A stretch of DNA of 64,000 nt, from contig CACNSY010000001.1 of NCBI GenBank assembly GCA_902623255.1, positions 152,328 to 216,327 on the forward strand, in the 5' to 3' direction. Below the pieces are notes generated by a model that was not told where the DNA came from, searched no databases, and was given only the letters and a program-made list of their open reading frames with translations. The number at the start of each line of letters is the position of its first letter. Within the stretch, counting starts at the first letter, position 1. The position numbers were made by a program, and so were the translations under genes. Positions 53,084 through 62,613 of the stretch are shown here, piece after piece. Source of the stretch: an uncultured Alphaproteobacteria bacterium (GTDB lineage Bacteria > Pseudomonadota > Alphaproteobacteria > HIMB59 > GCA-002718135).

Positions 53084-53481
53084 ATTTTTTTGAAATTTCT
53101 AAAGATAAAAAATAAATTTAAAATACTCAATATAGAAAAGAAAATTGCATTAGTTGCAATAATGTTTAGACTTGTTTCACCAGGATTATTCGTAAAAACA
53201 TATCTCCAGAAATTTAATGATACTAAAACTTGAAAAATAAATATTAAAATAATAAATGGTAGTTGTTTTTCTATTCCTCTGAACATAATTATTATGTAAG
53301 CTAAAACAAAAGTAACAAATATTATTCCTACAATTTCTGATAAACCCGCTACTGCATGATTAAAAAAACCTAAATTGTTCATAGCAAATTCATCAGTGAA
53401 TATTAAAAGTTGAATAGCGTAGTATGAAAAGAAAATAATATTTAGAATAATGATAAAAATATCTATATTTTTTTTGAACAT
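53080..53481 (-). CDS. Hypothetical 4-TM membrane protein
   Basis: 133-aa ORF with four hydrophobic segments filling the gap. Confidence 0.65.
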   Translation of the reverse strand: MFKKNIDIFIIILNIIFFSYYAIQLLIFTDEFAMNNLGFFNHAVAGLSEIVGIIFVTFVLAYIIIMFRGIEKQLPFIILIFIFQVLVSLNFWRYVFTNNPGETSLNIIATNAIFFSILSILNLFFIFRNFKKI

Positions 53482-53516
53482 AACTGTGTATCATGTAAAA
53501 AAATTAAATAATCAAT

Positions 53517-54173
53517 ATGGAAATTACATTATACTATTTTAAAATCCCTTTTTGGAGAGCAGAAGTTACAAGATTAGCTTTATTTATAGGAGGCATTCCA
53601 TTCAATGATTATCGTGTTGAAGGAAAAGAAATAGATGACTTGAAGGCAACGGGATTATTACCAAACAAACGAAAAGCTCCTTTTAAGCAATTACCTGTAT
53701 TGGATATTGATGGAAAAATAATTGCGCAAACAGGAGCAATTGCCAGATTTTGTGGGAAGTTATCCGGCTTATATCCAAAAGATAATGATTTTGATGCAGC
53801 ACAAATTGATCAAATAATTGATACGGCACAAGACATAAACTATCTGGTAACTCTGTCTAGTAGAGATAAAGAGAAGGAACGATTAGAATTGGCTAGAAAA
53901 ATATTAGCAACAAAACATCTACCAAAATGGTTTCAGTTTCTTGAAAATTTACTTGAGAAAAATAATGAATCTAATTTTTTTGTTGGTAAAAATATTTCTA
54001 TTGCTGATTTGGCAATATGGAGACTACTTGGCTGGCTAACCTCTGGACTTTTAGATGGTGTACCAATAGATATATTAGAACCTTATGAAAGGTTAAAAAA
54101 ATTCAGAGAAGAAGTATATAATCATCCTAAAGTTCATGAATGGATGATTAAAACATATGGGAAAGTTATATAA
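53517..54173 (+). CDS. Glutathione S-transferase, sigma-class-like
   Basis: LYYF...RAE..RLAL, PFKQLPVL, IAQTGAIARF, FFVGKNISIADL. Confidence 0.88.
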   Translation: MEITLYYFKIPFWRAEVTRLALFIGGIPFNDYRVEGKEIDDLKATGLLPNKRKAPFKQLPVLDIDGKIIAQTGAIARFCGKLSGLYPKDNDFDAAQIDQIIDTAQDINYLVTLSSRDKEKERLELARKILATKHLPKWFQFLENLLEKNNESNFFVGKNISIADLAIWRLLGWLTSGLLDGVPIDILEPYERLKKFREEVYNHPKVHEWMIKTYGKVI

Positions 54174-54182
54174 TTTATAAAC

Positions 54183-54917
54183 ATGACAGCCTTAAGTGTT
54201 AATGTAAACAAGTTTGCTTTAGTAAGAAATGCTAGAGGAGCTGATTTACCAAACTTAATTGATATTAGTGATAAATGTTTAAACTATGGTGCTGATGGAA
54301 TTACAGTACATCCGCGTCCTGATGAAAGACACGCAAAATTTTCTGACCTAGAACCTTTAAAAAACTTATTATCAAAATTTGAAAATAAAGAATTTAATAT
54401 AGAGGGATACCCATCAGATTTTTTTGTCAAAAAAGTAATTGAAGTTAAACCAGATCAAGTAACTTTAGTTCCAGATCCACCTGGTGCTCTTACCTCTTCT
54501 TTTGGTTGGGACTGTGAAACTAACAAAAATTTATTAACAGATATAGTTAGTGAATTTAAGAGTAATAATATTCGCGTTTCAATATTTATTAACCCTTCTA
54601 TAAAAACACTGGAAAATTTAGAAGTAATAAAAACTGATAGAGTAGAACTTTATACTTTTGATTATGCTCATAACTTTAATGAAAATAAGGAAAAAGCAAT
54701 TAAAGATTATATTAACGTAAAAAACTATTTAGAAAAAGAGTTTCCAAAAATTCAATTAAATGCTGGTCATGATTTAAATTTAGAAAATTTAAAGTTTTTT
54801 TTAGATAAAATAAATAATATTAAAGAAGTATCTATTGGTCATGCTCTCATCTGTGATACTTTTGAATTTGGCTTACAAGAAACAATCAAAAAATATTTAA
54901 CCCTAACAAATAATTAA
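54183..54917 (+). CDS. pdxJ: Pyridoxine 5'-phosphate synthase
   Basis: LSVNVNK..RNAR, GITVHPRPDERH, NIEG, TLVP, NAGHDL, EVSIGHALI. Confidence 0.93.
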   Translation: MTALSVNVNKFALVRNARGADLPNLIDISDKCLNYGADGITVHPRPDERHAKFSDLEPLKNLLSKFENKEFNIEGYPSDFFVKKVIEVKPDQVTLVPDPPGALTSSFGWDCETNKNLLTDIVSEFKSNNIRVSIFINPSIKTLENLEVIKTDRVELYTFDYAHNFNENKEKAIKDYINVKNYLEKEFPKIQLNAGHDLNLENLKFFLDKINNIKEVSIGHALICDTFEFGLQETIKKYLTLTNN

Positions 54918-55526
54918 GTGACTTTTATATTTTGGCTTCAGTTTGCTACTGTCTGTGTTGCAGGAGCAATGTCACCTGGCCCAAGTTTAGCGTTAATTAT
55001 AAGAAATAGTATTACAATTAGCCGATTTGCTGGATTTATGACTGCTATTGGTCATGGGATTGGTATGGGTGTGTACGCAGTTTTTGCAGTTACTGGGCTT
55101 ATAATTATTTTAACTACAAATGAAATACTATTTCAATTTATACAAATTATTGGAATTCTATTTTTATTATTTATTGGCTTCCAATTTCTTTTCAAAAAAA
55201 ATCAAGAAATTGAACATATACATAAGCAAAAAAATTTTAATTCATTCTTACAAGGTTTTTCTATAGCAATTTTAAATCCTAAAATTCTAATATGGTTTTC
55301 AGCAGTATTTTCACAATTTGTAAAAATTGATGCTTCCTTTTTTTCACACTCAATTCTTGTCATTACTGCATCTGTAATAGATGGAATTTGGTATATTATA
55401 GTTACAGTTATAGTAACAAGTTATGGAATGGGTGATTTTTTTCAAAGAAGAAAACATATTATTCAAAAGATATCAGGATTAATTTTAGTCTTAATTGGTG
55501 TTTTGTTAATTATCGATTTCTTCTAA
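54918..55526 (+). CDS. LysE/RhtB-family exporter
   Basis: MSPGPS, LNPK, six TM segments. Confidence 0.88.
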   Translation: MTFIFWLQFATVCVAGAMSPGPSLALIIRNSITISRFAGFMTAIGHGIGMGVYAVFAVTGLIIILTTNEILFQFIQIIGILFLLFIGFQFLFKKNQEIEHIHKQKNFNSFLQGFSIAILNPKILIWFSAVFSQFVKIDASFFSHSILVITASVIDGIWYIIVTVIVTSYGMGDFFQRRKHIIQKISGLILVLIGVLLIIDFF

Positions 55527-56588
55527 AACTCTTAAGATATTTTTTCCCATAATTTTTTCAATTTCATTACTTTTATATCCTCTTTTTTCTAAACTTTCTT
55601 GAATTATCATGTGATTTAAACAATCATTCCATTTATTTGGCAAACAATCAAGACCATCATAATCACTACCTACTCCGACATAATCAATACCTATTTTATT
55701 AATTACATACTCAATATGATCAACAAATACTTCTATACTTGGACATATGTCTGATAATTTTTTTTGAAGAAAATGTTGTTTTGCTATCCACTGGGAAGTT
55801 TTGTTAGAATATTTTCTTTCAATAGAATTTAGTTCATCAAGATATTTTTTTCTTTCTTTAGTTTCTCTCTCTTTAAAAGATTTATCAATAAAAAAAGGAT
55901 ACGGATTAAGACCAATCAAACCTTTTACTTTTTTGATTGCTTCAATTTGATCATCTTTTAAATTACGAAAATGAGGACACAAATTATACACGCTAGAATG
56001 TGAGGCTATAAAAGGTTTGGTACTTATTGATGCAATATCCCAAAAACTTTTCTCTCCAATGTGCGAAACATCAATTAGCACATTATTATCTTGGCAAATA
56101 GAAATAACCTCTTTCCCAAATTCGTTTAAACCATGACTTTTAAGTTTTGAAGAATTGTATGTCTCATCATAATTTGATGAAACCCATTCCAAAGAATGAT
56201 TCCAAGTTGGGCCAAAATAGAAAAGACCTCTTTCTATAAAATGATATAAATTATTAATATCATTTTCTAAACCCTCCCCACCTTCCATTGAAATTGGAAG
56301 CATTAACTTATTATTATTAATCGCCTCATTTATGTCTGAGAGTTTTTTTGGAATGACAATTTCTTCGTGTGATGAAATTCTTTCAATCTCATCATACATT
56401 TTATCAGCTCTTTTAAAAAAATTTGGTTCTTTAGAATTACTTGAAACCCAAATAATTAAAATTTCTAAATCAATTTCAGATTTTAATAATCTTGGTATGT
56501 CCGTATGCCCATGTGATGTAAGCTTTGTAACATCTTCACCTTCGATAACTCTTTGCACAAGATCATTATGCAAGTCAGCTACAAACAT
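55506..56588 (-). CDS. Membrane dipeptidase (peptidase M19)
   Basis: DLHND, SMEG, IDVSH, IASHS, RNLKDDQ, GSDYDG. Confidence 0.9.
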   Translation of the reverse strand: MFVADLHNDLVQRVIEGEDVTKLTSHGHTDIPRLLKSEIDLEILIIWVSSNSKEPNFFKRADKMYDEIERISSHEEIVIPKKLSDINEAINNNKLMLPISMEGGEGLENDINNLYHFIERGLFYFGPTWNHSLEWVSSNYDETYNSSKLKSHGLNEFGKEVISICQDNNVLIDVSHIGEKSFWDIASISTKPFIASHSSVYNLCPHFRNLKDDQIEAIKKVKGLIGLNPYPFFIDKSFKERETKERKKYLDELNSIERKYSNKTSQWIAKQHFLQKKLSDICPSIEVFVDHIEYVINKIGIDYVGVGSDYDGLDCLPNKWNDCLNHMIIQESLEKRGYKSNEIEKIMGKNILRVLEEIDN

Positions 56589-56592
56589 TTAA

Positions 56593-57159
56593 TTATTTAA
56601 TAATCTCCATTTTAATTATTTTATCTGGATCTGCAGGTGGTTCACCTCTTGTGATATTATCAACATATTCCATACCTTTAGTAACTTGAGCCCAAACGGT
56701 ATATTGACCATCTAAAAAAGAGCAATCATTAAAACAAATGAAAAATTGACTATTGGCGCTATTTGGATTTTGAGCTCTTGCCATTGATACTGCCCCTCTT
56801 CCATGATTCTCAGAAGAAAATTCTGCCTCAATATCCGGAAGTTTTGATCCACCTGTGCCTGCTCTTGATAAGTTGAAATTATCATTACTTGAATTTCCAA
56901 ATTCTACATCACCGGTTTGAGCCATAAAGCCATCTATAACTCTATGAAAAACAACTCCATCATATTGTCCTTCTTCAATAAGTTGTTTGATTTGTTTTAC
57001 ATGTTTTGGTGCTACGTTTGGTTTTGTCTCTATTACAACAACACCATCTTTAAGTGTCATATGAATAGTATCTTTCTTTTCATCAGCCATTGAAATCCCC
57101 CCTTTTAGGAATATTGAGAATATGAAGATGAAAATAAATAGTTTTTTAAGTTTATTCAT
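56593..57159 (-). CDS. Cyclophilin-type peptidyl-prolyl isomerase, exported
   Basis: FHRVIDGFMAQTGD, SMARA, SANSQFFI, LDGQYTVW; signal-like N-terminus. Confidence 0.92.
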   Translation of the reverse strand: MNKLKKLFIFIFIFSIFLKGGISMADEKKDTIHMTLKDGVVVIETKPNVAPKHVKQIKQLIEEGQYDGVVFHRVIDGFMAQTGDVEFGNSSNDNFNLSRAGTGGSKLPDIEAEFSSENHGRGAVSMARAQNPNSANSQFFICFNDCSFLDGQYTVWAQVTKGMEYVDNITRGEPPADPDKIIKMEIIK

Positions 57160-57203
57160 ATTTGTTTTCTTTACCTTCACCCAAATTGTTTTATATATAT
57201 GTA

Positions 57204-57668
57204 ATGCACATCTTTGAAGAAAATATCAAGAAATTAGATCTAAAAATTCCAGATATGCCAACTCCACTTGCAAATTACGTACCCTTTAAGGTTGCAGATA
57301 ATACTGTTTATGTATCTGGTCAAGGACCCGTAATTGATGGTAAAATTCTTTATAGTGGAAAAGTTGGTGTAGATATTTCTGAAGAAGAAGGAATAAAAGC
57401 CGCTGAAGCTTGTTGCATTAATATTATTGCAGCTCTTAAAACATCGATAGATGGTGATTGGGATAGACTAGATTCTTTTTTAAAACTTGGAGGTTTTGTA
57501 AATTGCAATGATAACTTTAACAATCAACCAAAGATCATAAATGGAGCATCAGATTTATTAGTCAATATTTTTGGTGACAAAGGAAGACACTCAAGATTTG
57601 CAGTTGGTTCAAACGCACTTCCTTTAAATATTTCTGTTGAAATAGACGCCATCATTAAAATCAAATAA
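57204..57668 (+). CDS. RidA/YjgF-family protein
   Basis: ANYVP, VSGQ, NGASDL, GRHSRFAVG..LP, VEID. Confidence 0.9.
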   Translation: MHIFEENIKKLDLKIPDMPTPLANYVPFKVADNTVYVSGQGPVIDGKILYSGKVGVDISEEEGIKAAEACCINIIAALKTSIDGDWDRLDSFLKLGGFVNCNDNFNNQPKIINGASDLLVNIFGDKGRHSRFAVGSNALPLNISVEIDAIIKIK

Positions 57669-57678
57669 TAAATTTAAT

Positions 57679-58812
57679 ATGAGTAAATATTTTTTTTGCT
57701 CTTCTCTTAATGATATTAAAAAATCAGACTGGAATGAATGTGTTCAAAATGATCATCCATTCTTGCAATATGAATTTCTTTACGCATTAGAAGAAAGTAA
57801 AAGTGCAAATACCAAAACAGGTTGGCAACCATATCATTACATAGAAAAAGAAAATGATAAAATTATTTCATTATGTCCTCTTTACATAAAGAACCATTCG
57901 TTTGGTGAATATATCTTTGATCATTCTTGGGCTGATGCTTATCATCGATATGGAATAAATTATTATCCAAAACTTCAATCTGCAATTCCGTTTACACCCG
58001 TTACTGGTGATAGAATTGTTTTACATAAGTCAGTTAAAGATAAAAAGAAAAAACAAGTTCAAGTAATTAAGAATATTATAGAAGAAGCTAAAAAAATAAA
58101 TGTTTCTTCACTGCATTTTAATTTTGTTAATGATGCTTCTAATTGGAATGATGTTGAGAATATAATGATTAGATCAGGGATACAGTTTCATTGGCATAAT
58201 AATGAATATAAAAAATTTGATGATTTTTTAAATGATTTATCTTCCAGAAAAAGAAAAATAATTAAACGGGAAAGACAATGTATTGAAAAAAATAATTTAC
58301 AAGTAAAATTACTTAATGGAGATGATATTAAAGAAGAGCATATAAGTTTTTTTTACGATTGTTACTTAGATACTACTGGAAGAAAATGGGGATCAACGTA
58401 TTTAACTAAAGAATTTTTCTTTGAAATATTAGATAATTTCAAAAATAACATTTTACTGATAATGGCCTTCCAAGAAGACAAAATGGTTGCCTCTGCAATA
58501 AATTTTATTAGTAAAACTCATTTATATGGTCGTTTATGGGGGTCAAAATACGAAGTTCCCTTTTTACATTTTGAGCTATGTTACTATCAAGCAATAGAAT
58601 ATGCCATAAGAAATAATATTAAAATAGTTGAGGCTGGTGCTCAAGGAGAACATAAGTTGCAAAGAGGATATGTTCCTACTAAAACATGGAGTGCACATTG
58701 GATTAAAGATCAAGAATTTAGCAAGGCAATTCAAAATTTTCTAGATAATGAGAGTCAGTTAATTGATAATCAGAAAGAAAGATTAGATGATTTTCTCCCG
58801 TTCAAAAATTAA
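57679..58812 (+). CDS. GNAT/FemAB-like protein (DUF482)
   Basis: HSFGEYIFDHSWA, YYPKL, PFTPVTG, LHFELCYYQ, EAGAQGEHK. Confidence 0.9.
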   Translation: MSKYFFCSSLNDIKKSDWNECVQNDHPFLQYEFLYALEESKSANTKTGWQPYHYIEKENDKIISLCPLYIKNHSFGEYIFDHSWADAYHRYGINYYPKLQSAIPFTPVTGDRIVLHKSVKDKKKKQVQVIKNIIEEAKKINVSSLHFNFVNDASNWNDVENIMIRSGIQFHWHNNEYKKFDDFLNDLSSRKRKIIKRERQCIEKNNLQVKLLNGDDIKEEHISFFYDCYLDTTGRKWGSTYLTKEFFFEILDNFKNNILLIMAFQEDKMVASAINFISKTHLYGRLWGSKYEVPFLHFELCYYQAIEYAIRNNIKIVEAGAQGEHKLQRGYVPTKTWSAHWIKDQEFSKAIQNFLDNESQLIDNQKERLDDFLPFKN

Positions 58813-61082
58813 GCGAGTTCCTTTTTAACTTCTTGCTTATTTGAAAATTCAAAACTAATTTTTTTATCCTTGCATGTTATTTCTACGTGACCACCCTTAG
58901 ACAATTTTCCAAAAATTAGTTCTTCAGCCATAGGTTTTTTAACTTTTTCTTGTATTACTCTTCCCAATTCTCTTGCGCCATAAACCTCATCATAACCTTC
59001 TTCGGCTAATAATTCTTTTGCTTCCTTATTAATTGATAATGAAACACCTTTGTCTTCAAGTTGAGCCTCAATTTCTATGATGAACTTATCTACGATGGAA
59101 AGAACTATATTTTTAGATAAATGATTAAAATGAATTATTGAATCAATTCGATTTCTAAATTCGGGTGAAAAGATTCTATTAATTGCGTCACTACTATCAT
59201 CGTTAGATCTTTTTGCATTAAATCCTATTTTGTTTTTAGATACATCAATTGCACCAGCATTAGTTGTCATGATTAATATAACATTTCTAAAATCTATAGT
59301 CTTGCCATTATGATCAGTCAATTTTCCATAGTCCATTACTTGAAGAAGTATATTGAATAAATCAAAGTGAGCTTTTTCAATTTCATCTAAAAGAAGAACA
59401 CAATGAGGATTTTGATCTACGCCATCTGTTAATAACCCCCCTTGATCAAAGCCAACATAACCTGGAGGAGCTCCGATCAGTCTGCTTACAGTATGACGTT
59501 CCATATATTCTGACATATCAAATCTAAGAAGTTTAATACCAAGTGTATTACTTAATTGTTTAGCTACTTCAGTCTTTCCAACTCCAGTAGGTCCAGAAAA
59601 TAAGTACGAGCCTATTGGTTTACCATCTTCTCTTAGCCCTGCTCTTGCTAACTTTATAGAAGATGAGAGCTCTTCTATAGCTTTGTCTTGACCAAATACG
59701 AAATTTTTCAAATCTCTTTCTAGATTTTTTAGACTATTCTTATCACTTTGATTAACAGATTTTGTTGGAATTCTTGCCATTAAAGCAACAACTGCTTCTA
59801 TATCTTTTGATAGAATAATTTTCTTTCTTTTCTCTTCGGGCAATAAATATTGTGATGCACCTGCTTCGTCAATGACATCAATGGCTTTATCAGGAAGTTT
59901 CCTATCACCTATATATTTATTTGATAATTCAACAGCGCTAATAATTGCTTCAGGTGAATATTTAATATTATGATGTTCTTCATAGTATGTTTTTAACCCT
60001 TCAAGAATTTTGATTGTCTCATCTTTTGATGGTTCTTTTACGTCAATTTTTTGGAATCTTCTGACTAAAGCTCTATCTTTTTCAAAATAGTTTTTAAACT
60101 CCTTATAAGTAGTTGACCCAATGCATTTAAGAGTACCATTGCCTAAAGAAGGTTTTAATAAGTTACTGGCATCCATTGATCCCCCACTGGTAGCGCCTGC
60201 ACCAATAACGGTATGGATTTCATCTATAAATAAAACAGCTTTGTCTTTTTTTTGTAACTCTTTAAGAACTGCTTTCAATCTCTCTTCAAAATCACCTCTG
60301 TATCTTGTACCCGCAAGTAGTGCGCCCATATCCAGTGAATATATAATTGCGTCCTCCATAATTTTAGGTACTTTTTTTTCTGTAATTCTTTTTGCCAATC
60401 CTTCAGCAATTGCTGTTTTCCCAACACCAGGGTCTCCAACAAATAAAGGATTATTTTTTTGTCTTCTGCATAAAATTTGAATTGTTCTATCTAGTTCTTT
60501 GCTTCTTCCGATTAGCTTATCAATTTTACCATCTTTTGATTTTTCATTTAAGTTAATACAAAACTGACCTAAAGCACTTTTCGGTTTTTGTTGTTCATTA
60601 TTGTCATTTGTTTGGCTATCTACAAATTCTTCATTTTCAAAACTTTCATTACTTTTAGAAATACCGTGTGAAATATATTGCACAGCATCTAATCTGCTCA
60701 TATTTTGTTGATGAAGAAAATATACTGCATGACTTTCTTTTTCAGAAAATAAAGCTACAATCATGTTAGCCCCTGTAACACTCTCTCTTCCACTTGATTG
60801 CACATGAATTGCAGCTCTTTGTAAAACTCTTTGAAAACCATTTGTTAATTTTGGCTCTCCAGTAAAGTTCTCTTTAAGATTTTCTAAATCATTAATAATA
60901 AATTTCTCAACACTTTTTTTTAAATTTGAAATATCTACTGCACACGCTTTAAGAACGCTAATTGCATCTTGGTCTTCTAAAAGAGAAAATAATAAATGTT
61001 CTAGAGTTACATATTCATGCTTATAAGTAGTTGCTAGTTGATATGCTTCTCTTAATGTTTTTTCTAAATTTTGTGACAACAT
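58809..61082 (-). CDS. clpA: ClpA ATPase
   Basis: HEYVTLEHLL, GDPGVGKT, GPTGVGKT, LIGAPPGYVG; probable start MLSQ at 61082; downstream of clpS. Confidence 0.97.
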   Translation of the reverse strand: MLSQNLEKTLREAYQLATTYKHEYVTLEHLLFSLLEDQDAISVLKACAVDISNLKKSVEKFIINDLENLKENFTGEPKLTNGFQRVLQRAAIHVQSSGRESVTGANMIVALFSEKESHAVYFLHQQNMSRLDAVQYISHGISKSNESFENEEFVDSQTNDNNEQQKPKSALGQFCINLNEKSKDGKIDKLIGRSKELDRTIQILCRRQKNNPLFVGDPGVGKTAIAEGLAKRITEKKVPKIMEDAIIYSLDMGALLAGTRYRGDFEERLKAVLKELQKKDKAVLFIDEIHTVIGAGATSGGSMDASNLLKPSLGNGTLKCIGSTTYKEFKNYFEKDRALVRRFQKIDVKEPSKDETIKILEGLKTYYEEHHNIKYSPEAIISAVELSNKYIGDRKLPDKAIDVIDEAGASQYLLPEEKRKKIILSKDIEAVVALMARIPTKSVNQSDKNSLKNLERDLKNFVFGQDKAIEELSSSIKLARAGLREDGKPIGSYLFSGPTGVGKTEVAKQLSNTLGIKLLRFDMSEYMERHTVSRLIGAPPGYVGFDQGGLLTDGVDQNPHCVLLLDEIEKAHFDLFNILLQVMDYGKLTDHNGKTIDFRNVILIMTTNAGAIDVSKNKIGFNAKRSNDDSSDAINRIFSPEFRNRIDSIIHFNHLSKNIVLSIVDKFIIEIEAQLEDKGVSLSINKEAKELLAEEGYDEVYGARELGRVIQEKVKKPMAEELIFGKLSKGGHVEITCKDKKISFEFSNKQEVKKELA

Positions 61083-61417
61083 TAACTTTTTTCCATTGTG
61101 CATTGTAAAGGATGTTCATTTTTTTTTGCCATATCCATTACTGATTTACATTTAGACTCAGCAACCTCATAAGTAAATGTTCCACAAACACCAATACCAT
61201 TTTTGTGAACGTGTAACATAATTTGAGTAGCCTCCTCTTGTTTTTTATTAAATATTTTTTCTAATATCATAACAACAAATTCCATTGGTGTATAATCATC
61301 ATTTAACAGCAAAACATTATACATAGATGGTTTTTTTGTCTTAGGCTTTGTATCTAATAAAAGTCCTCTTTGAAAATCGTCCTTATTATTGTTATTATTT
61401 TGATCTTCATTTGCCAT
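61082..61417 (-). CDS. clpS: ClpS adaptor
   Basis: [25 protein letters not shown]. Confidence 0.97.
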   Translation of the reverse strand: MANEDQNNNNNKDDFQRGLLLDTKPKTKKPSMYNVLLLNDDYTPMEFVVMILEKIFNKKQEEATQIMLHVHKNGIGVCGTFTYEVAESKCKSVMDMAKKNEHPLQCTMEKS

Positions 61418-61500
61418 ATTTCTTAAATAATATGTTTTAGAATATTTTAAAGTATTTTTCTGTTTGAAAGCATCGAAAATCTTATGTTAATCAAGAAAAA

Positions 61501-62613
61501 ATGAAAAAAAATTTATTATTAATCATAATTTTAAATAGCTTTTTAATATTAGGTTTTTCATCAAATCTTTCTGCTAAAAAAGCAGCAATCGTTATTGATT
61601 TTGACACAGAAGAAGTGCTATTCGAAGTTAACGCCGATACAAGAAATTATCCAGCATCCTTAACAAAAATAATGACTCTCTACATAGTTTTTGATTATAT
61701 TAATAAAGGAAAGCTTAGTTATGATAGTCAATTAAGTGTATCAAATATTGCTGCTTCAAGATCACCAAGCAAACTTTATTTAGAAGCAGGATCAAGTATA
61801 AAAGTTAGAGATGCAATTAATGCCCTTATAATTAAATCAGCAAATGATGTAGCAACTGTAGTTTCTGAAAATATATCAGGCAGTGAAAAAGAGTTCGCTA
61901 AACTTATGACACGCTATGCAAAAAATTTAGGCATGAATAATACAACATTTAAAAATGCGTCAGGTCTTCCCAATAGAGCGCAATTAACAACTGCAAGAGA
62001 TATAGCAAAACTTTCACATGCACTAATTTCAAATTTTCCAGAAGAATATAAATTGTTTAGCAAAACAAAATTTACTTATAAGGGTAATACTTACAAAACG
62101 CATAATAAATTAATGTTAAGCTACGATGGCGCTGATGGAATTAAAACTGGATATATAAAAGCATCTGGTTTTCAGTTAGCTTTTTCTGCTGTTAGAGATG
62201 ATAAGAGATTAATAGGAATTATTTTTGGAGGTGATACAGGAAGCCAACGGAACAAATCTTTAAAAATAATAATGGATAAAGAATTTGCCGAATTAAATAT
62301 TAAGACAAAAAGTAGTAATAAGAAAATAGTTAAAAAAGACGAGACTGCAAAGAAAAAAATTGAAAATAAAAAAAATGCTTATTCCATTGTTGTTGGAACA
62401 TTTAAGTATAGAAACAATGCAGAAAAACAAATCAAATTAATTAAAAGTAAATATCCAGTTTCTACTAAAGATAAAATTTCAAATGTTGTGCTGATAAAAG
62501 TTAGCGGTAAACAACTTTATGAATCTAGATTTGAAAATTTTTCTAAAAAAGAAGCGTATACAGCCTGTAAAAGACTGAAAAAATATAATCGTGATTGTTT
62601 TGTTAGACTGTAA
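61501..62613 (+). CDS. D-alanyl-D-alanine carboxypeptidase (S11) with SPOR-like C-terminus
   Basis: PASLTK, SAND, KTG motifs; C-terminal AC..LK....CF. Confidence 0.9.
   Translation: MKKNLLLIIILNSFLILGFSSNLSAKKAAIVIDFDTEEVLFEVNADTRNYPASLTKIMTLYIVFDYINKGKLSYDSQLSVSNIAASRSPSKLYLEAGSSIKVRDAINALIIKSANDVATVVSENISGSEKEFAKLMTRYAKNLGMNNTTFKNASGLPNRAQLTTARDIAKLSHALISNFPEEYKLFSKTKFTYKGNTYKTHNKLMLSYDGADGIKTGYIKASGFQLAFSAVRDDKRLIGIIFGGDTGSQRNKSLKIIMDKEFAELNIKTKSSNKKIVKKDETAKKKIENKKNAYSIVVGTFKYRNNAEKQIKLIKSKYPVSTKDKISNVVLIKVSGKQLYESRFENFSKKEAYTACKRLKKYNRDCFVRL

Noticed and set aside
61383-61400. Poly-Asn tract in ClpS N-terminus
   Set aside because: Low-complexity unstructured tail expected under AT bias
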